Positions 46,322 to 56,521 of a stretch of DNA of 64,000 bases are shown here, one piece after another. The stretch comes from an uncultured Verrucomicrobiae bacterium (lineage in GTDB: Bacteria > Verrucomicrobiota > Verrucomicrobiia > Limisphaerales > JAFGQR01). The notes under the pieces are model-generated. The model did not search any database. It was not told the DNA's origin and worked only from the letters and a program-made list of their open reading frames with translations. Every line of letters begins with the position of its first letter. Within the stretch, counting starts at the first letter, position 1. Both the position numbers and the translations under genes were made by a program. The DNA is taken from assembly GCA_963788655.1 (NCBI GenBank), contig CAWBHS010000003.1, positions 15,950-79,949 on the forward strand. The letters run 5' to 3'.

Positions 46322-49300
46322 ATGGATCGCCAAACAACCCACCACCACCCGGACTCAAAAACCAACCCCAATTCCCTCCAATGGACTGCCCTGATACACG
46401 CCAGATTTCGGCTTGGCCGGCATGCTGGAAGTTTGTTGTTGTGGCTGCTCCTCGCCGTTGTTCCCACCGCTTTCGCTGATCAGAGCGTGACGCTGGCCTG
46501 GGATCCCAATCCCGAGCCGGATGTGTCCGGTTACCTTGTCTATTTTGGCAACGCCAGCCGCGATTATCCCTGGCACACAAACGTGGGCAACGTTACCACG
46601 GCCACGGTTTACGGATTACAGGAGGGCCTCACTTATTATTTTGCGATCACCGCAACCAATACGGCGGGCTTGGAGAGCGACTATTCGAACGAAGTCACCA
46701 ACTCGATTCCCAGCGACCTCACCAACAGCGTCCCGCAGATTTCGCCGCTGACGGATCAAGTGATCGCGGAGAATGGCGCCACGCCGGCCATCGCTTTCCA
46801 AGTCAGCGATGCGGAAACTCCTGCCGCCAACCTGGTGGTATCCGCCTCCTCCACGAACACGGTATTGGTCCCGGTCTCTCAAATTGACTTGGGCGGGAAT
46901 GGGGCCACCCGCCGTGTCACCGTGCGCCCGGCGAACGATCAATTGGGAACAACGTTGATCACGTTAACGGTGAGTGACGGCAGCAAGGCCAGCAGCACCT
47001 CGTTCCTGGTGCAGGTGACCCCGGTGGACGGACCGCCAACGCTGGACCCTCTTGGGGATTTGGTGCTCAGCGAAGACGCGGGCATGCAGGAGGTTGTTTT
47101 GCACGGCATCTCCGGCAGCCCGGCCAAAAAGGCGGTGACCGTGACCGCTCAGTCGAGTGCCCCTGCCCTTATTCCCAATCCCACGGTCAGCGACACAAAT
47201 CAGAACGGCTCACGGACCCTGCAATTCACGCCGCAGCCCAATGCCAGCGGTTCGGCAATCATCACCGTCACGGTCAGCGACAAAGACGTCCCGGCCAGAG
47301 TGGCAACCCAATTCTTTGCCGTTAAGGTCATCCCGGTCAACGATCCGCCCACCCTCGACGCATTGAGCAACGTGACGCTCGACGAGAACGCGCCCATGCA
47401 GACGATCTCCTTGACGGGGATCACCAGCGGAGCCCCGGGCGAGACGCAAACGTTGAGCGTCACTGCGACTTCCGACAACACCGGCTTGATTGTCAATCCA
47501 GCGGTCACCTATACCAGTCCCAACAAGGTCGGCATCTTGAGCTTTACCCCCAACCAGAACGCCTCGGGAAAGGCGTTCATCACTGTCGTGGTGAATGACC
47601 ATGGCGGCCTCAACAACATCGTCACGCGCACCTTTCAAGTAACCGTCAATGCAGCCGATGAACCTCCCACACTGGATCCGCTCAACGATCTGGTGATCAA
47701 TGAGGACGCACCCCAACAAACCGTTCCGCTGACCGGTATTGGCGCGGGCAACGTCAGCGATCAACCGGCGCTGTCCGTTACCGCCACATCCAGCGATCCA
47801 ACCCTCATTCCCAGCCCGACGATCAATTACGTCACTCCGGCCAACGCCGGCACCTTAACATTCTCCCCCTTACCCAATGCCAACGGCAGTGCAACGATCA
47901 TTGTAAAGGTCACCGGTGGTGCCAACGACACGGTCACGCAGACCTTCGTAGTGACGGTCAATCCGGTGAACGATCCGCCGACGTTAAATTCCATAAGCAA
48001 TCTGATCCTTGAAACGGACGCGGGACCGCAGAGCATAACATTGACTGGCATTTCCTTCGGCGCCGCCAATGAGAATCAGACGCTGACCATCGCGGCCATG
48101 TCCAGCAATTCCGCGTTGATCCCCCATCCAACGGTCAATTACACCAATCCGGGCAGTTCGGGCACCTTGAGTTTCACGCCGCTGCCCAACGCCAACGGTA
48201 CCGCCACCATTACGGTGTCGGTTAACGATGGCGGCAGCGAGAACAATACCACCAGCCAGGACTTTACGGTGACGGTCAACGCGATCAACAAACCGCCGAC
48301 CTTGGATCCAATCAACAATCTCACGATTAATGAAGACGCTGGACCACAAACCATTGCCTTGACCGGTCTTTCCGGGGGAAACTCCGAAGCATCCCCGCCC
48401 TTGACTGTCATCGCCACCTCCAGCAATCCGGCGTTGATTGCTGAGCTCACCACCAGTTACCTCCCCGCCAATGGGACGGGAAACCTCCTTTTGACCCCGC
48501 AACCCGATGCCAACGGCACTGCGGTAATTACCGTCGAAGCAAGTAATGGCACGGGGGCAAGCCACCGCGTAGCCCGCACATTTTCCGTGACCATCAATCC
48601 GGTGAACGATCCGCCCACCTGTGATCCGATTCCCGACCAAGTGATCGAAGCGGACGCCCTTACCCATACCGTCAACTTCACCGGAATCAACGTGGGGCCG
48701 ACCAATGAAACCCAATACTTCGTGTTGATGCTGACGGATTACACCGCGTTTTCGGTGATCTCAACGCCAACGCTGCGTTATAACATTTACGGCCACACGG
48801 CGGCGCTGAGCTTCCAACCGACCACCACGCAGCGGTCCTTCGCCAAAGTGACGCTGGCGATACAGGACAACGGCGGAACCAGCAACGGCGGGCAGGATCG
48901 AAGTGACCAATCCTTTTGGCTCATGATCGTGAACACCCCGCAAGACCGTTGGTTGGCTGCGCATTTCAGCATTGCCGATTTGGCCACCCCCGATCAGGAA
49001 AGCCATGTCTGGGGCGACGACGCGGATCCGGATCAGGACGGTTTCAATAACTTGGGTGAATATGCCTTGGGATTGGATCCTAATTCTCCCAACACCTTCT
49101 CGCAGGCCTTCAAATACTCATTCGTCAAGGCCGGGGGCCACGTATATGCCACCTTAACGTTCAAGCGGAGAAAAATTCATCCCTCCGTGGAATATATCCC
49201 GGAAGTCAGCGGCGACTTGAAGAATTGGCAGACGGGAACCAACCATGTCCGCGAAGTGGAAGGCTCAGTTCAGGATCTCTCTGCTGAATTTGAAGCCGTC

Positions 49301-49384
49301 ACGTTTCAAGACCTGCTGCCAATGGGCGGGAGTCAGCCCCGTTTTATGCGGTTGCGCATCGCCCGGAATGAAGGTTTTCAATGA
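46322..49384 (+). CDS. Surface protein: FN3 domain, about seven tandem Ig/cadherin-like repeats, C-terminal DxDxDG..EY..GLDP / FMRLRI domain
   Basis: Signal peptide; VTLAWDPNPEPDVSGY..YYFAITA..ESDYSNE; repeated VNDPPTLD..INEDA..FTPxPNANGxAxITV. Confidence 0.85.
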   Translation: MDRQTTHHHPDSKTNPNSLQWTALIHARFRLGRHAGSLLLWLLLAVVPTAFADQSVTLAWDPNPEPDVSGYLVYFGNASRDYPWHTNVGNVTTATVYGLQEGLTYYFAITATNTAGLESDYSNEVTNSIPSDLTNSVPQISPLTDQVIAENGATPAIAFQVSDAETPAANLVVSASSTNTVLVPVSQIDLGGNGATRRVTVRPANDQLGTTLITLTVSDGSKASSTSFLVQVTPVDGPPTLDPLGDLVLSEDAGMQEVVLHGISGSPAKKAVTVTAQSSAPALIPNPTVSDTNQNGSRTLQFTPQPNASGSAIITVTVSDKDVPARVATQFFAVKVIPVNDPPTLDALSNVTLDENAPMQTISLTGITSGAPGETQTLSVTATSDNTGLIVNPAVTYTSPNKVGILSFTPNQNASGKAFITVVVNDHGGLNNIVTRTFQVTVNAADEPPTLDPLNDLVINEDAPQQTVPLTGIGAGNVSDQPALSVTATSSDPTLIPSPTINYVTPANAGTLTFSPLPNANGSATIIVKVTGGANDTVTQTFVVTVNPVNDPPTLNSISNLILETDAGPQSITLTGISFGAANENQTLTIAAMSSNSALIPHPTVNYTNPGSSGTLSFTPLPNANGTATITVSVNDGGSENNTTSQDFTVTVNAINKPPTLDPINNLTINEDAGPQTIALTGLSGGNSEASPPLTVIATSSNPALIAELTTSYLPANGTGNLLLTPQPDANGTAVITVEASNGTGASHRVARTFSVTINPVNDPPTCDPIPDQVIEADALTHTVNFTGINVGPTNETQYFVLMLTDYTAFSVISTPTLRYNIYGHTAALSFQPTTTQRSFAKVTLAIQDNGGTSNGGQDRSDQSFWLMIVNTPQDRWLAAHFSIADLATPDQESHVWGDDADPDQDGFNNLGEYALGLDPNSPNTFSQAFKYSFVKAGGHVYATLTFKRRKIHPSVEYIPEVSGDLKNWQTGTNHVREVEGSVQDLSAEFEAVTFQDLLPMGGSQPRFMRLRIARNEGFQ

Positions 49385-49720
49385 CCATTAGCCGTTGACC
49401 AATGGCCAAGGTAAGCGCGGATCACCTGCTTCGGACCGCCTGACAATTGGACCTGGATTCTCTGGGCATTGGGCATTGGCCCCGGGTCATTTTTCGCACG
49501 CTCCGTTTCAAGCTGCCCAACGTGCTGCTGGCGTCCCGCCGGCAGGATTGAATGGTGCTGGTGCGCTTGAACTTGCCCCGATGTTCGATTGCTCGATTTC
49601 GTTCGAACTGCCGGCAGCATACCGGTGGCACACTGGGCACACATTACCAACACCCTTTTCGCTCTGGCGTTTTCTTTCCAAGGCTTGCAAGATTGGGGCG
49701 AACCTGAATCGCAAATCAAA

Positions 49721-51535
49721 ATGCACGATATGAAATCGCTTTTCCCCCTTCACCCTCCCCACAACGTCACTCGCTGGTTGCCAATCGTCTTTTTGCTCGT
49801 TGGTGCCGCCATGCTTCAACCCGTATTCGGTGCGGTGGAACTGGCAAACGATGGCGCCAGCGGGTATCGAATCGTCACCGCCGCCAATCCCACTCCCTCC
49901 GAACGTTACGCAGCGGAGGAATTGCAGCGTTATCTGGAGAAGATTGGCGGGGCCAAGCTCGCCATTATCGAGGACACGGAACCGGCGGGCGCGAAGGAAA
50001 TCCTGCTGGGCGACAACCGCCACCTGCGCGCGTTGGATACGCAAGTGGATTTTGCCAAGCTCGGTACCGATGGATTCACGCTGCGGACGATGGGCGATTG
50101 CCTGATCATCGCGGGCGGCAAACCACGCGGCACCCTTTACGGAGTATATGCCTTGCTCGAGGAAAAACTCGGCGTGCGCTGGTTCACGCCGGAAGTGGAA
50201 GCCGTTCCTCAGCAAGATCGGATCATCCTGAACAAACTGAACGAAACGCAAATACCCGCCCTGGAATATCGCGAAGTCTTTTGGACCGAAATGATGCGCG
50301 ATGCCGATTTCGCGGCGCGTCATCGTCTGAACGGAGAGCATTACGCGTTGCAACCCAAACACGGTGGCCGGGCGGCGGTGTATTATCCGTTCGTACACAG
50401 TCTGGATACGCTCATTCCGCGGGATTTGTTTCCGCAGCATCCGGAGTATTTTCCGCTGATCAACGGGGAACGCAAAAACGGTTATGTGCAGCGCTGTTTG
50501 ACGAATCCCGACGTGCTCCAACTGGCCATTCAACGGGTGCGGGAATGGATTCAAGCACACCCCGACGCCAACATCATCAGCGTCTCGCAAAACGATTGCA
50601 TCAACAATTGCCAGTGCGAAAAGTGCAAGGCCATCGACGACGCGGAAGGTACGCCCATGGGATCATTGCTTCAGTTCGTAAACGCCATCGCGGCGGACAT
50701 CGAGAAGGATTATCCGCAGGTGCGGATTGACACGCTCGCTTACCAATACACCCGGAAGCCGCCCAAAACGTTGCGTCCGCGCCGGAACGTGATCATCCGG
50801 CTTTGTTCCATCGAATGCTGTTTTGCCCATCCGCTGGCGACTGGTCCGTCGCCGGAAAACCTGCGGTTCCGCCACGACATCATTGCCTGGGAACCGGTGG
50901 CTCCGCTGCTTTATGTGTGGGATTACACGCCGAACTTTGCGAATTACCTGCAACCGTTTCCCAACTTTGACGCGCTCCAACCGAACGTCCGATTCTTCGT
51001 GGACCACGGTGTCAAAGGACTGTTTGAACAAGGCAACTATTCCAGCGGCGGCAATGGGGAAATGGGCCCGCTCCGCGCCTACCTGTTGGCCAAGCTGCTC
51101 TGGAATCCGCAGACCGACATCAAACGGCACACCGACGAGTTTGTGCGGGCCTATTTTGGCAAGGCGGCGCCAAAAATTTTGGCCTATCTCGAAGTGACGC
51201 ATCGCCCGGTGCGGGAGCAGGGGTTGCACGCGCACATTTTCGATTCGCCCCGAGCCGCCTATTTGAGCGAAGAGGTAATCACCCAGGGCGAAAAGCTGCT
51301 CGACGAAGCCGAACAACTGCCCGACAACGACGCCGTCAAGCTTCGCGTCCAGGTCGCCCGGCTGCCGGTGTGGTACGTGAAGATTGCGCAGAACCGGATC
51401 ACGGGTGAGGCGCGCCACCAATTGCTGAAGCGCTTCGTGGCGGTGGCCCAGCGCGCGAAGATTTCCAACATCAGCGAAGGCCAATCCCTGGCTGATTGGG
51501 CAAAACAAATGGGCGTGAACGCAGACGGTCAATGA
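49721..51535 (+). CDS. DUF4838-domain secreted protein (putative glycoside hydrolase-like)
   Basis: Signal peptide; YAAEELQRYL, GGKPRGTLYGVYALLE..GVRWF, HPEYF..QRCLTNPDV, SVSQND, AYLLAKLLWNP. Confidence 0.78.
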   Translation: MHDMKSLFPLHPPHNVTRWLPIVFLLVGAAMLQPVFGAVELANDGASGYRIVTAANPTPSERYAAEELQRYLEKIGGAKLAIIEDTEPAGAKEILLGDNRHLRALDTQVDFAKLGTDGFTLRTMGDCLIIAGGKPRGTLYGVYALLEEKLGVRWFTPEVEAVPQQDRIILNKLNETQIPALEYREVFWTEMMRDADFAARHRLNGEHYALQPKHGGRAAVYYPFVHSLDTLIPRDLFPQHPEYFPLINGERKNGYVQRCLTNPDVLQLAIQRVREWIQAHPDANIISVSQNDCINNCQCEKCKAIDDAEGTPMGSLLQFVNAIAADIEKDYPQVRIDTLAYQYTRKPPKTLRPRRNVIIRLCSIECCFAHPLATGPSPENLRFRHDIIAWEPVAPLLYVWDYTPNFANYLQPFPNFDALQPNVRFFVDHGVKGLFEQGNYSSGGNGEMGPLRAYLLAKLLWNPQTDIKRHTDEFVRAYFGKAAPKILAYLEVTHRPVREQGLHAHIFDSPRAAYLSEEVITQGEKLLDEAEQLPDNDAVKLRVQVARLPVWYVKIAQNRITGEARHQLLKRFVAVAQRAKISNISEGQSLADWAKQMGVNADGQ

Positions 51536-51596
51536 CAATGAACCGTCGTGCCCTGCTCTGCCTGCCAATACGCTTCAGGAAACTCTGCCGATTTGG

Positions 51597-52010
51597 CTAG
51601 CCCGGCTGCACCACCGGGGGCACCGCAGGTTCGGGCGACGGTACGTTGCGTTTCCGGAACATTTCAGCAAATCGCTCGACGGCGCTGGCACCTTCCCGGG
51701 CGCCGTTGCGAATACCTTCCTTGATGATTTGCGGGCACAACTTCCGGACGACTTCGAGGTGTAACATGGTGCCGAAGGAAAGGCCGTACGCCAAGTGATA
51801 CGCGGCCGAAGACAAGGCGTCCTTCACTTTGGGCACGGCATCGTTCGCTGCTTTTCGGGCATCGGACGCGCCTTTCCGCAAAGCGGTGGCCAAAGGTTCG
51901 AAGACGCACTGGCAGCAGCCCTTGGGCGGTGCGCCTGCGGGCGTGGGCTCGGGCGCCGGACGATGATGACTTTCGCCGGCCGGCAAATGGGCATCAGGTG
52001 TTTCGTTCAT
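51597..52010 (-). CDS. Hypothetical protein
   Basis: 137-aa ORF with ATG and an AT-rich upstream region; no motif recognised. Confidence 0.6.
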   Translation of the reverse strand: MNETPDAHLPAGESHHRPAPEPTPAGAPPKGCCQCVFEPLATALRKGASDARKAANDAVPKVKDALSSAAYHLAYGLSFGTMLHLEVVRKLCPQIIKEGIRNGAREGASAVERFAEMFRKRNVPSPEPAVPPVVQPG

Positions 52011-52480
52011 ACGCAGTCTTTCTTAATTTGGTGGTTTATTCAATTCAAGCAACCGGAGGGAGCATCCGCCTTCCGTTCCCAAGTGACTACTATAACATGC
52101 CAAAGAGATTGTAAGTAGAAATACGTCACCTGCCGAGAAGCACAAACTTTGCGAAGCTTGCGGAAGCCGGCGTTACCTGCCGTCGGTTTGTTCGACCATT
52201 CACTGAGCATTGAGCATCTGTTTGATGCTCATTTCGCCGTTTCCAGCAACTCCACCAGGTGCTTAATGACCTGGCCACGGTATTCTCCGTGCGTCATGGC
52301 TGCAACAGCGAAGAGCTTCCCGTGCAAGTCCACGGCTTGGTGAGGGCGGCGTTCGGCCCGGGATGGTAAGGGGCGCGGCGGGATCCGAGGCAACAGCTTT
52401 TATCCTTGGCTTCCGGAGTGTTTCCAATGAGAATTTTGACTTTCGCAGACAATGCAATTGAAGCTTACTTGTGACCTGGC

Positions 52481-53050
52481 ATGAATACTGAAAACCAAGA
52501 GACCTGTTCTCAAACCAACGAACCACGGTCAATCCGAGGCCGATGGAATCCTTATGTTGTCGGCGCCGCCCTGGGCGTGCTTAGCTGGGTGGTCTTCGCC
52601 GTGGTGAATCACCCATTGGGCATCTCCACTGCGTTGTCCTCCGCCTCGAGTCTATGCGCCACCCCGGTGCTGGGCCAGGAGGCAGTGGCCAGAAACGAAT
52701 ATTGGGCAACGAAGCCATTCCAATGGAACTACGGCATGCTGTTCGTGGTGGGCACGTTCTTTGGCAGTCTGATCAGTGCGCTCGTCAGCCGCACGTTCCG
52801 CGTGGAGACGGTGCCCAGCGTTTGGCGAAACCGGTTCGGCGGATCCGCTGGGAAGCGACTACTGGTCTCCTTTCTGGGCGGGATCAGCATCATGTATGGC
52901 GCACGCCTGGCCGGCGGATGCACCAGCGGTCACGGCATCAGCGGCTCGCTGCAACTGGCGCTGAGCAGTTGGATCTTCTTCCTCGTGCTGTTCGGCGCCG
53001 GCATCGTCACGGCCTGGGTGCTGTTCGGCCAGGCCTCTCCCAAGCGATAA
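52481..53050 (+). CDS. YeeE/YedE family sulfur-compound transporter subunit
   Basis: WNPYVVG, PLGIST, YGARLAGGCTSGHGISG. Confidence 0.87.
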   Translation: MNTENQETCSQTNEPRSIRGRWNPYVVGAALGVLSWVVFAVVNHPLGISTALSSASSLCATPVLGQEAVARNEYWATKPFQWNYGMLFVVGTFFGSLISALVSRTFRVETVPSVWRNRFGGSAGKRLLVSFLGGISIMYGARLAGGCTSGHGISGSLQLALSSWIFFLVLFGAGIVTAWVLFGQASPKR

Positions 53051-53084
53051 ACGTTCGGCAACACCTTAACCCAACCATTGAATT

Positions 53085-53669
53085 ATGACTCTTCCTCTGA
53101 CAGGTGAAACAGCCCGTTGGCTGGCCATTCCTTTCGGCATTATCTTCGGCTTCCTGCTGCATCGCGGCGGTGTGACCAGTTATAATGTGATCGTAAACCA
53201 ATTTCGGCTGCGGGACTTTTCCGTGCTGAAGATTATGCTCACGGCGGTCATCGTGGGCGGCGTGGGCGTGCTGGTGCTGCACACAACCGGCCATGCGGCC
53301 TATCACATCAAGCCGGCGCTGCTGATGGCGGTGATCCTCGGCGCGATTTTGTTTGGGGTAGGCATGGTGCTTTACGGCTACTGCCCCGGCACCGGCGTGG
53401 CGGCGATGGCCACCGGCAGCGTGCATGCGTTGGTGGGTTTCTTGGGCATGATGGCGGGTGGCGTGTTGTACGCGCTGACGTATCCGTGGGTGAAGGTGGA
53501 AATTCTCAACGTAATGGATCTGGGCAAGGTGCGTTTGCCGGATCTGACCGGTTTGCCCGAGTGGGCGTGGTTTCTCCTGCTTGGCGCCATCGCTGGAATC
53601 ATCTACTGGTGGCTGGAAACCCGGTTCAAACCGGCGCCGACGGATGGACCAGACGCAGAGTGCCAGTGA
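53085..53669 (+). CDS. YeeE/YedE (DUF6691-like) partner subunit
   Basis: FGIIFGFLLHRGG, LFGVGMVLYGYCPGT. Confidence 0.85.
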   Translation: MTLPLTGETARWLAIPFGIIFGFLLHRGGVTSYNVIVNQFRLRDFSVLKIMLTAVIVGGVGVLVLHTTGHAAYHIKPALLMAVILGAILFGVGMVLYGYCPGTGVAAMATGSVHALVGFLGMMAGGVLYALTYPWVKVEILNVMDLGKVRLPDLTGLPEWAWFLLLGAIAGIIYWWLETRFKPAPTDGPDAECQ

Positions 53670-53702
53670 TCGGTTGGATGGTCGTTTCTTGATTGAGTCT
53701 AA

Positions 53703-53974
53703 CAGCCTGTTTTAAAATTGGGCGAGGTTCTGCGGCGAGGGATTTTGGACGCGGGCGAGGCGGCGCGGTCCGCGCATCCCCACAGTGGGCTGTAAGGATC
53801 GAGCCAACGAAGCCCGCGTTCAAAAGACCCGCCGCCCTGCGGGTTTTCGCGGAAAAGGCCGGCTGGCTTCGTTGCTCCTCGCTTACAGACCGCGGCGGGT
53901 ATGCGCGTTCGTCGCGCCTCGCCAGCCAGCCTTTTCCGCGAAAACAGGACCACGCCGAATTTTAAAACCGGCTC
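53703..53974. mobile_element. MITE-like element (272 bp) with imperfect terminal inverted repeats, flanked by TAA duplication
   Basis: taa|cagcctgttttaaaattgggcgagg ... ccacgccgaattttaaaaccggctc|taa; internal stem gttttcgcggaaaaggc../..gccttttccgcgaaaac. Confidence 0.8.
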
Positions 53975-54227
53975 TAACCAAACTGGCCAGCGATTGTCGG
54001 CTGCTCACCTGAACGGGCTGCCAACCCCGCATCCTCTGCCAAAGCTGCTACTCGAGGAACTGCCGGACACGGAACAGGCCGACACTTCCTTGCACATGCG
54101 CTTGGAACCGCCATGCTCACGGACGTGCGCGCGGCACGCGTTGACGGATTCCAAAAACTCCATCCCCCGGCCACATTTTCGCATCGATATTGACACACAA
54201 CCATAAGCAAATTTGCACTGGCGATTA

Positions 54228-54690
54228 ATGCCATTACCGCCTACAAAGACTTCACGACAACCAGTAAATTCCCCACGCAAACGCGCCAACAGTTTCTCAC
54301 GACTACCGCCACCGCGGCGGCCACCAGTTGGATGGGCGCCCAGGTAATCGCCGCGGAGGCCCTCCGCCAACCGCGCGCCAATAGCAACCTCAACCTGTCC
54401 CTCATCGGCTGCGGCGCGCAAGGCCGGCACGTGACGCGCGTTCATGAAATTGCCTGGCGTGCGCGTCGTCGCGGTGTGTGATGTCAACTCAAGACGCCTC
54501 GCTTCAGCCCGCGTCGAAATGGGGGGGCGAAGCGGTGGCGGCTTATCACGACTTTCGGAAACTGTTGGAGCATCAACCCCTGGATGCCGTGGTCGTGGCT
54601 ACCCAACCGCATTGGCATGTTCCCATCCCCATCGCCGCCTGCCGGGCCGACAAGGATGTATATCAGGAGAAGCCCGTGGGCAACAGCCAC
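54228..54690 (+). pseudogene. Gfo/Idh/MocA oxidoreductase 5' fragment, frameshifted and truncated
   Basis: Tat-like leader, LIGCGAQG, VVAVCDVN, YHDFRKLL..DAVVVATQPHWH..KDVYQEKP over three frames; homology stops at ~54690. Confidence 0.8.
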
Positions 54691-55590
54691 GCCCACCTGG
54701 AGCAGCGCGATTCCATGCCCGTCCCCGTCACCATGTTCCCTGCGCAACAGCGGGTGCGGCTTCAGGCACATGAGGTCTTCGAGATACGTGCCGGGCATCT
54801 TGTCCCTGTCCGCGTCGCTCCCAGGGTTCAGATACACTTCAGGTGCGTACTCATAGAGATTCTCGGGGTAAGCGGCGACAACTCGGAAGTTCTTCAAGAC
54901 GATGTTGGCCGCCCACATATCCTGCTGGATGTTGTAGCCGGGGAGATGCCCATCGTCGCCGACGTAGTCCAGGTATTGCGCCACGATCACCTTGTCGGCG
55001 ATTGTGGGATCGATCAGGTACGCGTCCGCGACGCACGTTGCCCTGCCGCCCACGATGACGATGAGGGGATTGCGCGCCGTGCAGTCCCGGGCTTCTTCAA
55101 CGATCTTGTACGCCGCGGGTGTTTTGAACGGAACCGTGTCTTCGATGCGCTGGCTGGCAGGGATGCGCTGGTCGGAGGTCATGCCCAGAGGAACGCCCGG
55201 ATAGATCGGCGGCACGTTGGCGAATCCGTCTTTGATCGCGGCGGTCCGTATCATGGCTGCCCAGGCCTGCTGCACAACGGCGTTCCACCTGTTCTCGTAC
55301 GGCACCCACCTGCTGATCAGGATCGCCCGCAGGTTCATTAGCCCAGAGCTGCCCGCGGCCAAGGCGATTTCAACGGTATGGGCATCATCCATAATGTCAT
55401 TGTCGATGAGGTGTGCCTTTCCATGGAAGAAATCGGCGAGAATCTGCGGCTCGGCCCGTGCCATGCCGGAACGCAGCGCCAATAGCACGAGAATCGGGAG
55501 AATTGTCGGACGGACTGGCACCCTGTTTTTCCCGCGAATGGGTGGAGGGACACCTATTGATGTTGCTTGGGTAGTGGCGAAGCCGTTCAT
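54690..55590 (-). pseudogene. Secreted nucleoside-hydrolase-like protein, 3'-truncated (second integron cassette gene)
   Basis: Signal-like segment; LIDNDIMDD, PLIVIVGGRATCVADAYLIDPTIADKVIV, GYNIQQDMWA; ATG ~40 bp after the attC core site; runs into the antisense of the Gfo fragment. Confidence 0.55.
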
Positions 55591-55628
55591 GCGTTTTGTT
55601 TTGTGCCCGGTGCGTATATGGTGCTGCC

Positions 55629-55760
55629 GCCTAACGGCGAGCTGACCGACCGCCGGTGTAAATCCAAAAAACGTGGGATAACCGGGAGCGAACGCCAAAA
55701 CCCACCAACGTCCGACTGACGTGGCGGGTAGGCGGTTTGTGTCCAGCGATTTTGTTCGGC
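55629..55760 (-). other. attC integron recombination site
   Basis: Minus strand: GCCGAAC (R'') aaaatcgctggacacaaaccgcc ... ggcggtcggtcagctcgcc GTTAGGC (R'); 132 bp, 25 bp after the stop of the 120-aa ORF. Confidence 0.8.
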
Positions 55761-55785
55761 GTTTTGCTTTGCGGAAGCGGTTCTG

Positions 55786-56148
55786 TCATCGGCGTTGTTT
55801 CAATAGACTCTCGAGCTGCTGCCAGGTATATGGCCGCTCTGGCCGATTTGCCCAGTAACTGTCCCAATACTTGATGAGTCTTGGCGTGGCCGCGGCTATA
55901 TCGATGTCGGATTTGTAATAGTCATCCTCCAGGAACTTATTTGCCGTCAGAAAGCAGGCGTTCTCGACAATTCCCCTAACGTCCTTTCCGTCGCGCATCC
56001 CTTCCAGTGCGTCAAGGGTCAGGACAAGCGTGGTCTTTTCGTGCCCGAGCGCGTAGTGTTCGCCTCGCTTAAAGGCAATGGGTGAGACAACGGCTGTTGT
56101 GCAAAGTGCGACGAGCACCGCGACAATAATTACATAGGATCGTTTCAT
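55786..56148 (-). CDS. Hypothetical integron cassette protein (120 aa, N-terminal hydrophobic segment)
   Basis: Lower-GC ORF bounded by GTTCGGC upstream and attC downstream. Confidence 0.75.
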   Translation of the reverse strand: MKRSYVIIVAVLVALCTTAVVSPIAFKRGEHYALGHEKTTLVLTLDALEGMRDGKDVRGIVENACFLTANKFLEDDYYKSDIDIAAATPRLIKYWDSYWANRPERPYTWQQLESLLKQRR

Positions 56149-56183
56149 TATTCAGGCTTGGTTTCATTGTTGAATGTGTATCC

Positions 56184-56230
56184 GCCGAACAGTATTAATA
56201 AACGAAAATTTTTGGGTTTATCTGATTTGG
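56184..56230 (-). other. attI-like site (no adjacent integrase)
   Basis: Minus strand: AT-rich aaaaattttcgtttattaatact-GTTCGGC; the core is complementary to the cassette's own R'' GCCGAAC. Confidence 0.55.
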
Positions 56231-56521
56231 TGCGTTAACGTTCCCGCCCCCGGCTTGCCGCGTCAAGCCCAAAGGAGAGTTTTCTTCCAACCGGCGAGGG
56301 CGCCGGTTGGCATCGCCCGAGGCGGGCGCGCTCCCGATGCTCAATTGCATAGTTCCGGCCCTCGGTCTTCGGACCTGTGCCCCGCCCCCTGTGGCGCCGG
56401 CGGAAACACTCCTGACTTGAAAAGCATTACCTTGGCCCGGTAACCTCGCGGTCAAACGCTGAAAACACAGGACCCAACGAGGCCCTTGCGGTCAGCACGC
56501 AGTTACAAACAAAACAAATAC

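Noticed and set aside
54478..55341. 287-aa plus-strand ORF as a real gene
   Set aside because: Chimera of the Gfo/Idh/MocA fragment and the antisense of the cassette gene
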